Source: Salinivirgaceae bacterium
Lineage (GTDB): Bacteria; Bacteroidota; Bacteroidia; Bacteroidales; SZUA-534
Direction: 5' to 3'
DNA: 64,000 nucleotides
Assembly (NCBI GenBank): GCA_024405635.1
Contig: JAKSOL010000002.1
Location: 64,001-128,000, forward strand
Shown piece by piece: positions 20,350 to 29,285 of this stretch. Below the pieces are notes generated by a model, which searched no databases, was not told the origin of the DNA, and was given only the letters and a program-made list of their open reading frames with translations. Position 1 is the first letter of the stretch, and each line of letters begins with the position of its first letter. A program made the translations under genes and the position numbers.

Positions 20350-20386
20350 AAAAAGCATCTGGCTTATGGCTGGGTGCTTTTTTTTT
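20350..20386 (+). terminator. Intrinsic terminator after trpB2
   Basis: AAAAAGCATCTGGC-ttatg-GCTGGGTGCTTTTTTTTT. Confidence 0.8.
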
Positions 20387-20480
20387 GTTTGTTAATGCTT
20401 GGCGCAAATTGGCAAAACAACTTGCGAATCAATGCGCTCGCAAAGTTTAATTGTTCTACATTTGGCAAAAAAATCGGACT

Positions 20481-21812
20481 ATGAAACTTAAACTCTTTTG
20501 TCTGTCAATGACCTTGCTGCTTCTTGCAATTTCGTGCAGTAATTCAATAGTTAATGCCGACAATCATTTGGTTGAATATAGCGGTCGCATCGATTTTACA
20601 AATCCAACTGCTCCTTGCTTTTCGTATTCGGGAGTGTCAATTCGCTTTTTTGCCAAAACAACTGAGGTTAAGGCTACGATTGCCGATGAGCGAGGCGAAA
20701 ACTATTTTGCTGTGATTGTTGACCGTGTGTATCAGGGAAAACTGAAACTTGACGAGGGACAAAAAGAATATACCGTAGCTAGCGATTTAGGACAAGGAGT
20801 ACACGAAATTGAATTGGTAAAAATTACCGAAGAGCAGTTTGGAAAAACTACATTTCACCAATTTGACCTTTGTGGCGGAAAAATTGTAGAAAGCAATAAC
20901 CCTCGTACCCACACCATCGAATTTATAGGCAACTCAATAACTTGCGCCTATGGAAACGAAGGCTATTTGGGCGAAAAATTCGGGGCATCAACCGAGAATC
21001 ATTACTTTGGTTACGCGCCTATGGTGGTTCGTAGCTTTGACGCCAATCCAATAATGGTGTGCAAATCAGGCATCGGTATTTATCGAAATTATGGCGCACC
21101 TGCCGATAGTGGTAGCGTTGATAATATGACAAATTATTATTGTTGCACATATTTATACGACTCGCTGCCATTGCACCCTTTTAGCATTCAGCCCGATGTG
21201 GTTTGCATCAATCTTGGAACAAACGATTTTGGAGTTTGCATGCCCGATACGGTTAAGTTTATGAACATGTATATGCAACTAATTGACTCAATATGCGGGC
21301 ATTACAACAGTCCGCAAATTGTAAGTCTAATGGGTACAATGCTTTATGGCGAATTTAAAGATGTGTGCCGACGTTGCATTAACAAAGTGGTAGCCGATGC
21401 AAAAAACAAAGGCGTAAACATTAGTTTTTTTGAGATGACTGAGCAAGACCGCAAAGAACCGCAAGGCATTGATTGGCATCCAACCATTCGCCAACACTTG
21501 CGTGCAGCACGAGAACTGATGAACTACTTGAGCCAACTAATGCAATGGTCAATTGATGAGCAAGTTTTGCGTGCCGAACAACGCGGTAACCAAGTTTGGT
21601 TATATGCCAACACTCTTGAAACTTTAAGCAACCCTAAAATGGCTAATTTGAATATTTTGGTCGATGGCAACCCAGCCACCATAACCAACACCGAGATTGA
21701 CGAATCAAACTGCTTGATGATTGTAACTTTGTCCGAAAACGGAACAGCAACATTTGCAAGCGAAACATTAAACTCGGGGATAATTAGAAGCCAAATAGTT
21801 GCTGCTAAATAA
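20481..21812 (+). CDS. SGNH/GDSL hydrolase, CE2-like acetylxylan esterase (lipoprotein) with C-terminal extension
   Basis: AISC lipobox; N-terminal beta domain (Y.GR, HEIELVK.TE); IEFIGNSITCAYG, NLGTND and DWHP motifs. Confidence 0.8.
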   Translation: MKLKLFCLSMTLLLLAISCSNSIVNADNHLVEYSGRIDFTNPTAPCFSYSGVSIRFFAKTTEVKATIADERGENYFAVIVDRVYQGKLKLDEGQKEYTVASDLGQGVHEIELVKITEEQFGKTTFHQFDLCGGKIVESNNPRTHTIEFIGNSITCAYGNEGYLGEKFGASTENHYFGYAPMVVRSFDANPIMVCKSGIGIYRNYGAPADSGSVDNMTNYYCCTYLYDSLPLHPFSIQPDVVCINLGTNDFGVCMPDTVKFMNMYMQLIDSICGHYNSPQIVSLMGTMLYGEFKDVCRRCINKVVADAKNKGVNISFFEMTEQDRKEPQGIDWHPTIRQHLRAARELMNYLSQLMQWSIDEQVLRAEQRGNQVWLYANTLETLSNPKMANLNILVDGNPATITNTEIDESNCLMIVTLSENGTATFASETLNSGIIRSQIVAAK

Positions 21813-21865
21813 CTAACCAAAAGAGGTTTATACATAACTATACAAACTATAACCAAAACTGATTT

Positions 21866-22375
21866 ATGCTGATTTACTTGGTAGGATATATGGGCTGTGG
21901 CAAAACCACATACGGCCGACAATTGGCAAAAGAGTTGCAATACTCGTTTGTCGATTTGGATAAGAAAATTGAAAACGAACAAGGCTGCACCATCTCGCAA
22001 CTGTTTGAGGCTCAGGGCGAAGATGGCTTTCGCCGCATTGAGCGCGAGGCTATGATGTCAACATTCAAAATGATTGATACAGTGGTTGCTACTGGGGGCG
22101 GAACACCATGCTTTTTCGACAATATGGAGCAGCTTAATCAGCATGGAACAACACTTTATATTGAAATGGATGCTAAAGGATTGGCATTTAACTTGCGACA
22201 CTCGCTTGGCAAACGACCATTGCTTGCTGGCAAAAGTCCCGAAGAACTTGCCGAATACATAAACGAAACTTTGCAAAAACGCTTGCCGTTCTACACTCAA
22301 GCCAAGTGCAAGGTTAACGGAATAGGCATTACTCCTCAAAAAATGATTGATTCACTACCTCAAGAAGAATTATGA
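21866..22375 (+). CDS. aroK: Shikimate kinase
   Basis: GYMGCGKTT, DLD..IE, GE..FR..E, ATGGG and RPLL motifs. Confidence 0.95.
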   Translation: MLIYLVGYMGCGKTTYGRQLAKELQYSFVDLDKKIENEQGCTISQLFEAQGEDGFRRIEREAMMSTFKMIDTVVATGGGTPCFFDNMEQLNQHGTTLYIEMDAKGLAFNLRHSLGKRPLLAGKSPEELAEYINETLQKRLPFYTQAKCKVNGIGITPQKMIDSLPQEEL

Positions 22376-23049
22376 AGCGTAGTGTTGTAATAGTTGCCGG
22401 AGGTTCTGGTACTCGCATGGGCAGCGCAATGCCAAAGCAGTTTTTGCCGTTGGCAGGTAGGCCTATACTTATGCGAACCATCGATGTTTTTCGTGCTTTT
22501 GATGCGCAAATGCAAATAGTGCTTGTTTTGCCACAAACACAGCATCAATTGTGGAATAGCCTTTGCTCTCAATATGGATTTACAGCCAATGTTGAAGTGG
22601 TTTCAGGCGGCGAAACACGTTTTCATTCTGTTAAAAATGGCCTATCAAAAGTACAATCAGGCGGTTTGGTAGCAGTGCACGATGGCGTGCGCCCGTTGGT
22701 CTCGGTTCAAACACTTGAGCGTTGTTTTGTTGAGGCCGAAAAGATCGGAGCAGTTGTTCCTGTTGTGCCAATAAACGAATCTATCCGTCATCGGAATTTG
22801 GAAAACGGAGCAAATAATCTTGTCAATCGCGACGAGTACGTTATAGTTCAAACTCCGCAAGTATTTCACACCAATTTATTACAATCGGCATTTGAGCAAC
22901 CTTATCAAACTGCCTTTACCGACGATGCTTCGGTGGTTGAATCGTTTGGCCATGCAATTGCATTGGTCGAGGGAAACTTTGAGAATATAAAAATTACCCG
23001 TCCAGTTGATATGGTGGTGGCCGAATCGATTATTGCTAACTCTAAATAG
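22372..23049 (+). CDS. ispD: 2-C-methyl-D-erythritol 4-phosphate cytidylyltransferase
   Basis: AGGSGTRMG...PKQF, VHDGVRP, QTPQ, TDDAS and NIKIT motifs. ATGA overlap with aroK. Confidence 0.95.
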   Translation: MKRSVVIVAGGSGTRMGSAMPKQFLPLAGRPILMRTIDVFRAFDAQMQIVLVLPQTQHQLWNSLCSQYGFTANVEVVSGGETRFHSVKNGLSKVQSGGLVAVHDGVRPLVSVQTLERCFVEAEKIGAVVPVVPINESIRHRNLENGANNLVNRDEYVIVQTPQVFHTNLLQSAFEQPYQTAFTDDASVVESFGHAIALVEGNFENIKITRPVDMVVAESIIANSK

Positions 23050-23142
23050 CCTTTTGTTTGTTCAGAATAGTAAAGAAAACTGTATTATTCTGTAACCTAA
23101 ATGCACTATCTTGCCGCAACGCAAACCAAAATTGAAAAATAA

Positions 23143-24429
23143 ATGAGCAACAAACCAACTCTTGTGTCGCGACAAATATTAGTGTCGTTTATACTTGTCA
23201 CATCGTTATTTGCGCTATGGGGATTTGCCAACGATATTACAAACCCAATGGTGCGAGCATTTTCCAAAGTGCTACTGATGAACAATTTTCAAGGTTCACT
23301 AATTCAGTTTGCATTTTATGGAGGCTACTTTGCAATGGCATTTGTGGCGGCCTATTTTATTAAGAGGTTTGGCTACAAAAGTGGTATTGTGATAGGCTTG
23401 GCACTTTATGCATCGGGCGCTTTTTTGTTTTATCCGTCAAGTCTAGGCACGTCGTTTTGGCCATTCTTGGTGTCGTACTTTATCTTAACATGTGGACTAT
23501 CGTTTCTTGAAACAAGTGCCAATCCGTACATATTAAGTATGGGCGATGCCGAAACAGCAACTCAGCGACTAAACCTTTCGCAGTCGTTTAATCCTATTGG
23601 TTCGCTTATTGGTATGTTCACCGCTCAACAACTTATTCTTGCCCGATTAAACGAAGCTCCATTCGAAGAACGTTTTGCCTTGCGCGAAGCCGACCCACAA
23701 ATATTTTATGCACTTCAAGCTCACGATTTAAAGGTGATTCGAGACCCCTATGTGGCAATAGGTACGGTTGTGTTGGTAATGATGATTGTGTTTTTGTTAG
23801 TAAAAATGCCAAATGTAAAAGCCGACAGCCAACCTCTAAATGTAAAAGCGACCTTTCAAAGATTGTTGTCAAACGCATCGTATCGCGAAGGTGTTGTTGC
23901 TCAATTTTTTTATGTGGGCGTGCAAATAATGTGTTGGACCTTTATTATTCATTATGCCGAAATGGAGTTGGGCATAAGTAATCAAGTAGCGCAACTATAT
24001 AACATTGCAGCCATGTGCATTTTTTGTTGTAGTAGGTTTGTGTGTACCTACCTGTTACGGTTTGTTAATGCAGGCAAATTGTTGCAAATTCTTGCCTTGT
24101 GCGGTGTGATGCTTGTGTGCGGAGTGGTTTTTGTAAAAGGAATATTTGGTTTGTATTGTTTGGTGGCAATTTCGGCATGTATGTCGCTAATGTTCCCAAC
24201 CATATACGGACTTGCTTTAAAAAATGTTGGACACGATACCGAATTTGGTGCTGCGGGATTGATAATGTCAATTGTTGGAGGCTCAATTTTGCCACCTTTG
24301 CAGGCACTAATGATAGATCAGCCTACTATTTGTGGCTTGTCGGGAGTGCGATTTTCGTTTGTATTGCCCTTTGTTTGCTTTGTTGTAATAGCGGTTTATG
24401 GTTACCGCTCGCATAAAATATTTTCATAA
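23143..24429 (+). CDS. fucP: FucP-family MFS sugar:H+ symporter (fucose/galactose/arabinose type)
   Basis: LFALWGFA, LETSANPY, RLNLSQSFN, AQFFYVG.Q and MFPTIY motifs. Substrate uncertain. Confidence 0.8.
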   Translation: MSNKPTLVSRQILVSFILVTSLFALWGFANDITNPMVRAFSKVLLMNNFQGSLIQFAFYGGYFAMAFVAAYFIKRFGYKSGIVIGLALYASGAFLFYPSSLGTSFWPFLVSYFILTCGLSFLETSANPYILSMGDAETATQRLNLSQSFNPIGSLIGMFTAQQLILARLNEAPFEERFALREADPQIFYALQAHDLKVIRDPYVAIGTVVLVMMIVFLLVKMPNVKADSQPLNVKATFQRLLSNASYREGVVAQFFYVGVQIMCWTFIIHYAEMELGISNQVAQLYNIAAMCIFCCSRFVCTYLLRFVNAGKLLQILALCGVMLVCGVVFVKGIFGLYCLVAISACMSLMFPTIYGLALKNVGHDTEFGAAGLIMSIVGGSILPPLQALMIDQPTICGLSGVRFSFVLPFVCFVVIAVYGYRSHKIFS

Positions 24430-24572
24430 AATCGATAGCAAGCACGTTCTTTTATCATTGTAAATGGTTGTTAGTTAGTTTGGTTGGCCATAGTGAAAAA
24501 AAGCTAAATAAAATTTCACTATTATTTAGTATTTGGAACTTGTAACACCGCTTGTAGCCTAACATATTTTGT

Positions 24573-24580
24573 TAGTTTTG
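24573..24580 (+). promoter_or_regulatory. Putative -7 box of the frd/sdh operon
   Basis: TAGTTTTG about 37 nt upstream of the frdC ATG. Confidence 0.55.
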
Positions 24581-24617
24581 CGACAATAAAAATTGTAGTA
24601 TTATAAATATTTCTATT

Positions 24618-25295
24618 ATGAGTAATCTTTTCTCTTCGTCAATCGGCAAAAAGCTGATAATGAGCGTAACAGGATTGTTCTTGGTGCTCTTTTTGCTTTT
24701 CCACATGTCGATGAACTTGGTGGCAGCATTTTCAGGCGAGGCCTACAATGCTGTGTGTGAATTTCTAGGAACAAACTGGTATGCCTTGGCAGGTACAGCA
24801 GTTTTGGCTCTTGGTTTTATTTTTCACATTATCTACGCTTTTGTTCTTTCAGTTAAGAACCGTAAAGCACGAGGTGCTGACCGTTACAGCGTAACAGTTA
24901 AACCAAAATCAGTAGAGTGGGCATCACAAAACATGTTGGTGCTTGGTCTTATTGTAATCTTGGGTGTTGTTCTTCACTTGAGCCAATTCTGGTACAAGAT
25001 GATGTTTGCTGAATTGGCAGGTATTGAAAACAGCATTTCAGCTACAGATGGTGCAGCTTGGATTAAGTTCTACTTTAGCCAACCAGTAGTTGCAGTACTT
25101 TACATTGTATGGCTTGCAGCTTTGTGGTTCCACGTAACTCACGGCTTTTGGAGCGCTATTCAAACCATCGGTTGGAACAACAACATTTGGGTTGAACGTT
25201 GGGAGTGCATCTCAAGAATCTTCGCAACAGTTGTTTGCGTAGGTTTTGCAGTTGTAGTGCTAGGCTTTGCAATCGGCATTTTCCCATTGTGCTAA
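24618..25295 (+). CDS. frdC: Fumarate reductase/succinate dehydrogenase cytochrome b subunit
   Basis: SSIGKKLIMSVTGLFL; five TM helices with heme-ligand His residues; HGFWSA.QT.G motif. Confidence 0.93.
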   Translation: MSNLFSSSIGKKLIMSVTGLFLVLFLLFHMSMNLVAAFSGEAYNAVCEFLGTNWYALAGTAVLALGFIFHIIYAFVLSVKNRKARGADRYSVTVKPKSVEWASQNMLVLGLIVILGVVLHLSQFWYKMMFAELAGIENSISATDGAAWIKFYFSQPVVAVLYIVWLAALWFHVTHGFWSAIQTIGWNNNIWVERWECISRIFATVVCVGFAVVVLGFAIGIFPLC

Positions 25296-25326
25296 TAATT
25301 GAACAATAAATAAAAAGTATACAGAG

Positions 25327-27315
25327 ATGTCTATTATAGATTCAAAAATTCCAGAAGGTCCAGTAGCTGAAAAATGGACCAACTATAAAGCTCACCAAAA
25401 ATTGGTGAACCCAGCAAACAAACGTAAACTCGACATTATTGTAGTAGGTACTGGTTTGGCTGGTGCATCGGCTGCATCTACTCTTGCAGAGATGGGTTTC
25501 AATGTTCTTAACTTCTGCATCCAAGATTCACCACGTCGTGCTCACTCAATTGCTGCACAAGGTGGTATCAACGCTGCTAAAAACTATCAAAACGATGGTG
25601 ACTCAGTTTATCGTTTGTTTTACGATACTGTAAAAGGTGGCGACTATCGTGCTCGTGAGGCTAACGTTTATCGTTTGGCTGAAGTGTCAAATAATATTAT
25701 TGACCAATGCGTTGCACAAGGTGTTCCTTTTGCTCGTGAGTACGGAGGTTTGTTGGCTAACCGTTCGTTCGGTGGTGCTCAAGTAAGCCGTACCTTCTAT
25801 GCTAAAGGTCAAACCGGACAACAATTGTTGTTGGGTGCATACTCAAGTCTTAACCGCCAAATTCAAGCTGGTAAAGTAAAAAGCTTTAACCGCTACGAAA
25901 TGCACGATGTTGTTATGATTGACGGCCGTGCTCGTGGTATCATTGCAAAGAACTTGGTAACCGGTAAGTTTGAGCGTTTTGCAGCTCACGCAGTTGTTCT
26001 TGCAACTGGTGGTTACGGAAACACCTACTTCCTTTCAACAAACGCTATGGGTTGCAACTGCTCAGCAGCTATTGCAGCTTATCGTAAAGGTGCATACTTT
26101 GCAAACCCTTCATACGTTCAAATTCACCCAACATGTATCCCTGTTCACGGCGACAAACAATCAAAATTGACTTTGATGTCTGAGTCGTTGCGTAACGACG
26201 GTCGTATTTGGGTACCAAAAGATATTGAAGATGCTAAGAAACTTCAAAAAGGTGAAATTAAAGGTTCAGATATTCCTGAGGACCGCCGCGACTACTACTT
26301 GGAGCGCCGTTACCCAGCTTTCGGTAACCTTGTTCCTCGCGACGTTGCATCTCGTGCAGCTAAAGAGCGTTGCGACAAAGGATTTGGCGTAAACAACACT
26401 GGTTTGGCTGTATTCTTGGATTTCTCAGAGGCTATCAACCGTCTAGGTATCGATGTTGTTCGCCAACGTTACGGCAACTTGTTCGATATGTATGAGGAAA
26501 TTACCGATGTTAACCCAGGCGAATTCGCTAAAGAAATCAACGGTGTTAAATACTACAACCCAATGATGATTTTCCCAGCTATCCACTACACAATGGGTGG
26601 TATTTGGGTTGACTACGAACTTCAAACTTCGGTTAAAGGTTTGTTCGCAATTGGCGAGTGCAACTTCTCTGATCACGGTGCTAACCGTTTGGGTGCATCT
26701 GCTTTGATGCAAGGTTTGGCCGATGGTTATTTTGTATTGCCTTACACAATTCAAAATTACTTGTCAGACCAAATTACCGTTCCACGTTTCTCTACCGATG
26801 CTCCAGAGTTTGCTGCAACTGAAAAAGCTTGTATCGAGGCTCAAAAAGCATTGTTGAAGAACCCAAAAGGCAAAGACGGAAAATCTGTTGATACCCTTCA
26901 CAAAGAGCTTGGCCACATTATGTGGGAATATGTTGGTATGGGACGTACCAAAGAAAGCCTTGAAAAAGCTCTTGTTGAATTGAAGAAAATCCGCAAACAA
27001 TTTGAAGAAGAGTTGTTTGTACCAGGATCAGAAGAGGGCATGAACAACGAGCTTGACAAAGCATTCCGTTTGAAAGACTTTATTGTGATGGGTGAGCTTA
27101 TTGCTAACGATGCACTTCACCGTGAGGAATCGTGTGGTGGTCACTTCCGCGAGGAACACCAAACCGAAGAGGGCGAGGCAAAACGTAACGACCAAGACTT
27201 CTTCTATGTTGGTTGCTGGAACTATCAAGGTGACGACAATAAAACACCAGAACTTATTAAAGAACCTCTTGTATATGAGGCAATTAAAGTTCAAACACGT
27301 AACTATAAAAACTAA
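25327..27315 (+). CDS. frdA: Fumarate reductase/succinate dehydrogenase flavoprotein
   Basis: [18 protein letters not shown] (FAD His), QIHPT, HYTMGG, HGANRLG and ESCGGHFR motifs. Confidence 0.97.
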   Translation: MSIIDSKIPEGPVAEKWTNYKAHQKLVNPANKRKLDIIVVGTGLAGASAASTLAEMGFNVLNFCIQDSPRRAHSIAAQGGINAAKNYQNDGDSVYRLFYDTVKGGDYRAREANVYRLAEVSNNIIDQCVAQGVPFAREYGGLLANRSFGGAQVSRTFYAKGQTGQQLLLGAYSSLNRQIQAGKVKSFNRYEMHDVVMIDGRARGIIAKNLVTGKFERFAAHAVVLATGGYGNTYFLSTNAMGCNCSAAIAAYRKGAYFANPSYVQIHPTCIPVHGDKQSKLTLMSESLRNDGRIWVPKDIEDAKKLQKGEIKGSDIPEDRRDYYLERRYPAFGNLVPRDVASRAAKERCDKGFGVNNTGLAVFLDFSEAINRLGIDVVRQRYGNLFDMYEEITDVNPGEFAKEINGVKYYNPMMIFPAIHYTMGGIWVDYELQTSVKGLFAIGECNFSDHGANRLGASALMQGLADGYFVLPYTIQNYLSDQITVPRFSTDAPEFAATEKACIEAQKALLKNPKGKDGKSVDTLHKELGHIMWEYVGMGRTKESLEKALVELKKIRKQFEEELFVPGSEEGMNNELDKAFRLKDFIVMGELIANDALHREESCGGHFREEHQTEEGEAKRNDQDFFYVGCWNYQGDDNKTPELIKEPLVYEAIKVQTRNYKN

Positions 27316-27334
27316 CGGTTAAAACGATTGTAAA

Positions 27335-28087
27335 ATGGAAAAAAATATAACAGTTACTTTGCGTGTTTGGCGTCAAGAAAACCCAAAAGCAAAGGGAGAA
27401 TTCAAAGAATATAAAGTATCGTCAACCACTGACACCTCATTCCTTGAGACTCTTGATATCTTGAATGAGGACTTGGTTGCAAAAGGTGAAGAGCCTATCA
27501 CTTTTGACCACGACTGCCGTGAGGGTATTTGCGGTATGTGCTCGCTTTACATCAATGGTCATCCACACGGACCTGCTACCAAAGCTACAACTTGCCAACT
27601 TTACATGCGTCGTTTTAAAGACGGCGATGTAATTAGCGTTGAGCCTTGGCGTTCGGCAGCTTTCCCTGTGATTAAAGACTTGATGGTAAACCGTAATGCA
27701 TTTGACCAAATTCAACAAGCTGGTGGTTATGTATCGTTCAACTGCGGTGGCGCACAAGACGCTAATGCGTTGCCAATTGCAAAAACCGATGCTGACCTTG
27801 CAATGGACGCTGCTACCTGCATTGGTTGCGGTGCTTGTGTTGCTGCTTGCAAAAATGGTTCTGCAATGTTGTTCGTGTCTGCAAAAGTTTCACAATTTGC
27901 TTTGTTGCCACAAGGCCGTGTTGAGGCTAACCGCCGTGCTTTGGCTATGGTTGCAAAAATGGACGAACTTGGTTTTGGTAACTGCACCAACACTCGTGCT
28001 TGCGAGGCTGAATGCCCAAAAGGTATTTCAATTGCAAATATCGCTCGTTTGAACCGCGAGTATTTGAAAGCAAAATTCAATAGCTAA
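27335..28087 (+). CDS. frdB: Fumarate reductase/succinate dehydrogenase iron-sulfur subunit
   Basis: [21 protein letters not shown] and [12 protein letters not shown] Fe-S motifs. Confidence 0.96.
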   Translation: MEKNITVTLRVWRQENPKAKGEFKEYKVSSTTDTSFLETLDILNEDLVAKGEEPITFDHDCREGICGMCSLYINGHPHGPATKATTCQLYMRRFKDGDVISVEPWRSAAFPVIKDLMVNRNAFDQIQQAGGYVSFNCGGAQDANALPIAKTDADLAMDAATCIGCGACVAACKNGSAMLFVSAKVSQFALLPQGRVEANRRALAMVAKMDELGFGNCTNTRACEAECPKGISIANIARLNREYLKAKFNS

Positions 28088-28109
28088 TAAAGCTTACTGA
28101 ATAACACTT

Positions 28110-28147
28110 AAACACCCCGTCAAGATTGTTTGGCGGGGTGTTTTTTT
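28110..28147. terminator. Terminator after frdB (probably bidirectional)
   Basis: AAACACCCCGTCAA-loop-TTGGCGGGGTGTTTTTTT. Confidence 0.85.
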
Positions 28148-28174
28148 ATTTTGAGAGATACAAAACGTATCAAT

Positions 28175-29065
28175 CTAAACTTGCTTGTTTGCTTTGCGTT
28201 TGCGCTTTATCCAATAAACAAACATTGACAAAACTCCAAGCGAAAGAATTGCTTGCCAGTGCTCCGCTACAAAAATGATTGAGTTTGAGAAAAACGAACT
28301 ACCGTTTTTTAATGCTTTACGTAGCCGTGCCATAAAACTATTATCGGCTTCAGCCTTTGATTCTTGATTGGTTATATTGAGGTTGAGTGTGCTGAAATTA
28401 ACTTGATTGTTTAGGTATTTCAGTCGGCCAGTTACGCTTTCAATTTCTTCCTCGATGCAACGTATTTGGTCAGATATGCTGGCAATCTCGCTAACTTTTT
28501 GCGCTTGTTTTAGTAGCACTTTGTATTGCTCAATGTACTTGCGTTTGTTCTCAAGTCGTGTTTCAATATCTACAAACTGCTCGGTAACGTCGTTTGTGCT
28601 TATGTTTTTGTATGTCACTTTGCCGTTGCCATTTTCTATACAATTCAAAAACGCATCAAAGTTGCCGCATGGGATGCGAATGCAAAGGCTGTATCTTTCG
28701 TTCCAACGGTTGTTGTAACTTTCGCTTGAATAGTAACCATTAAAAATTGCAACTAAACTATCAATTGTGGCTTTTGTGCTAACAATATCGGCCGTTTCAA
28801 TTTCCATTTGTCCGTTACGTATTATTTTTTTCTCAACGTTGATAGTTTGATTTGTAGGCTCGTTAGTGCTTCCAAAAGTGGCGTTTTTGCGAAAAGCAAC
28901 GTTGCTTTGCGATGCCATTGGCATAATCTCTTCTTCCACCATAAACTCTGCATCGTCGGCAGCAACTATTGAGTTAGAAGCATAAAGGGCAGAATTACTT
29001 GTGCTATTTCCACACGATTGTAGCATTAAAGCAGATGCAAGTGTTATGATAAATGCAGTTTTCAT
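28175..29065 (-). CDS. DUF4349-domain lipoprotein
   Basis: LQSC lipobox; KKIIRNG.M.IE, IRIP, DVTEQFVD.ETRL, coiled coil and V.FSTL motifs; C-terminal TM with basic tail. Start at MKTAF. Confidence 0.8.
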   Translation of the reverse strand: MKTAFIITLASALMLQSCGNSTSNSALYASNSIVAADDAEFMVEEEIMPMASQSNVAFRKNATFGSTNEPTNQTINVEKKIIRNGQMEIETADIVSTKATIDSLVAIFNGYYSSESYNNRWNERYSLCIRIPCGNFDAFLNCIENGNGKVTYKNISTNDVTEQFVDIETRLENKRKYIEQYKVLLKQAQKVSEIASISDQIRCIEEEIESVTGRLKYLNNQVNFSTLNLNITNQESKAEADNSFMARLRKALKNGSSFFSNSIIFVAEHWQAILSLGVLSMFVYWIKRKRKANKQV

Positions 29066-29228
29066 AGCTATAGTTTTTTTAGTTCCTTTTTCTGATGATG
29101 GATGAAAATTGAACGTGTTTTTTTGTGGTTTAGTGTTCGATGTTGAGTATAGCAAAGTTATTTTTTTTGAGAATTGATGAGGTTGCGATAGCATTATTGC
29201 AACATCAAATACATGCGCAAATGTCAAC

Positions 29229-29263
29229 AAAAAAAGCGAGCCTTGATTAAAGCTCGCCTTTTT
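29229..29263 (-). terminator. Terminator after GH9-like gene
   Basis: AAAAGCGAGC-loop-GCTCGCCTTTTT. Confidence 0.7.
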
Positions 29264-29285
29264 GATGTTTATATGCTTGATAAGG

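Noticed and set aside
28175-29230. Extended N-termini given by the ORF track (DUF4349, rnhA, uvrA, trpB2, yihY, rimP, tdk, M16 peptidase, GH95, pnp)
   Set aside because: The extensions run through promoters or terminators or precede signal peptides. Downstream starts were chosen.
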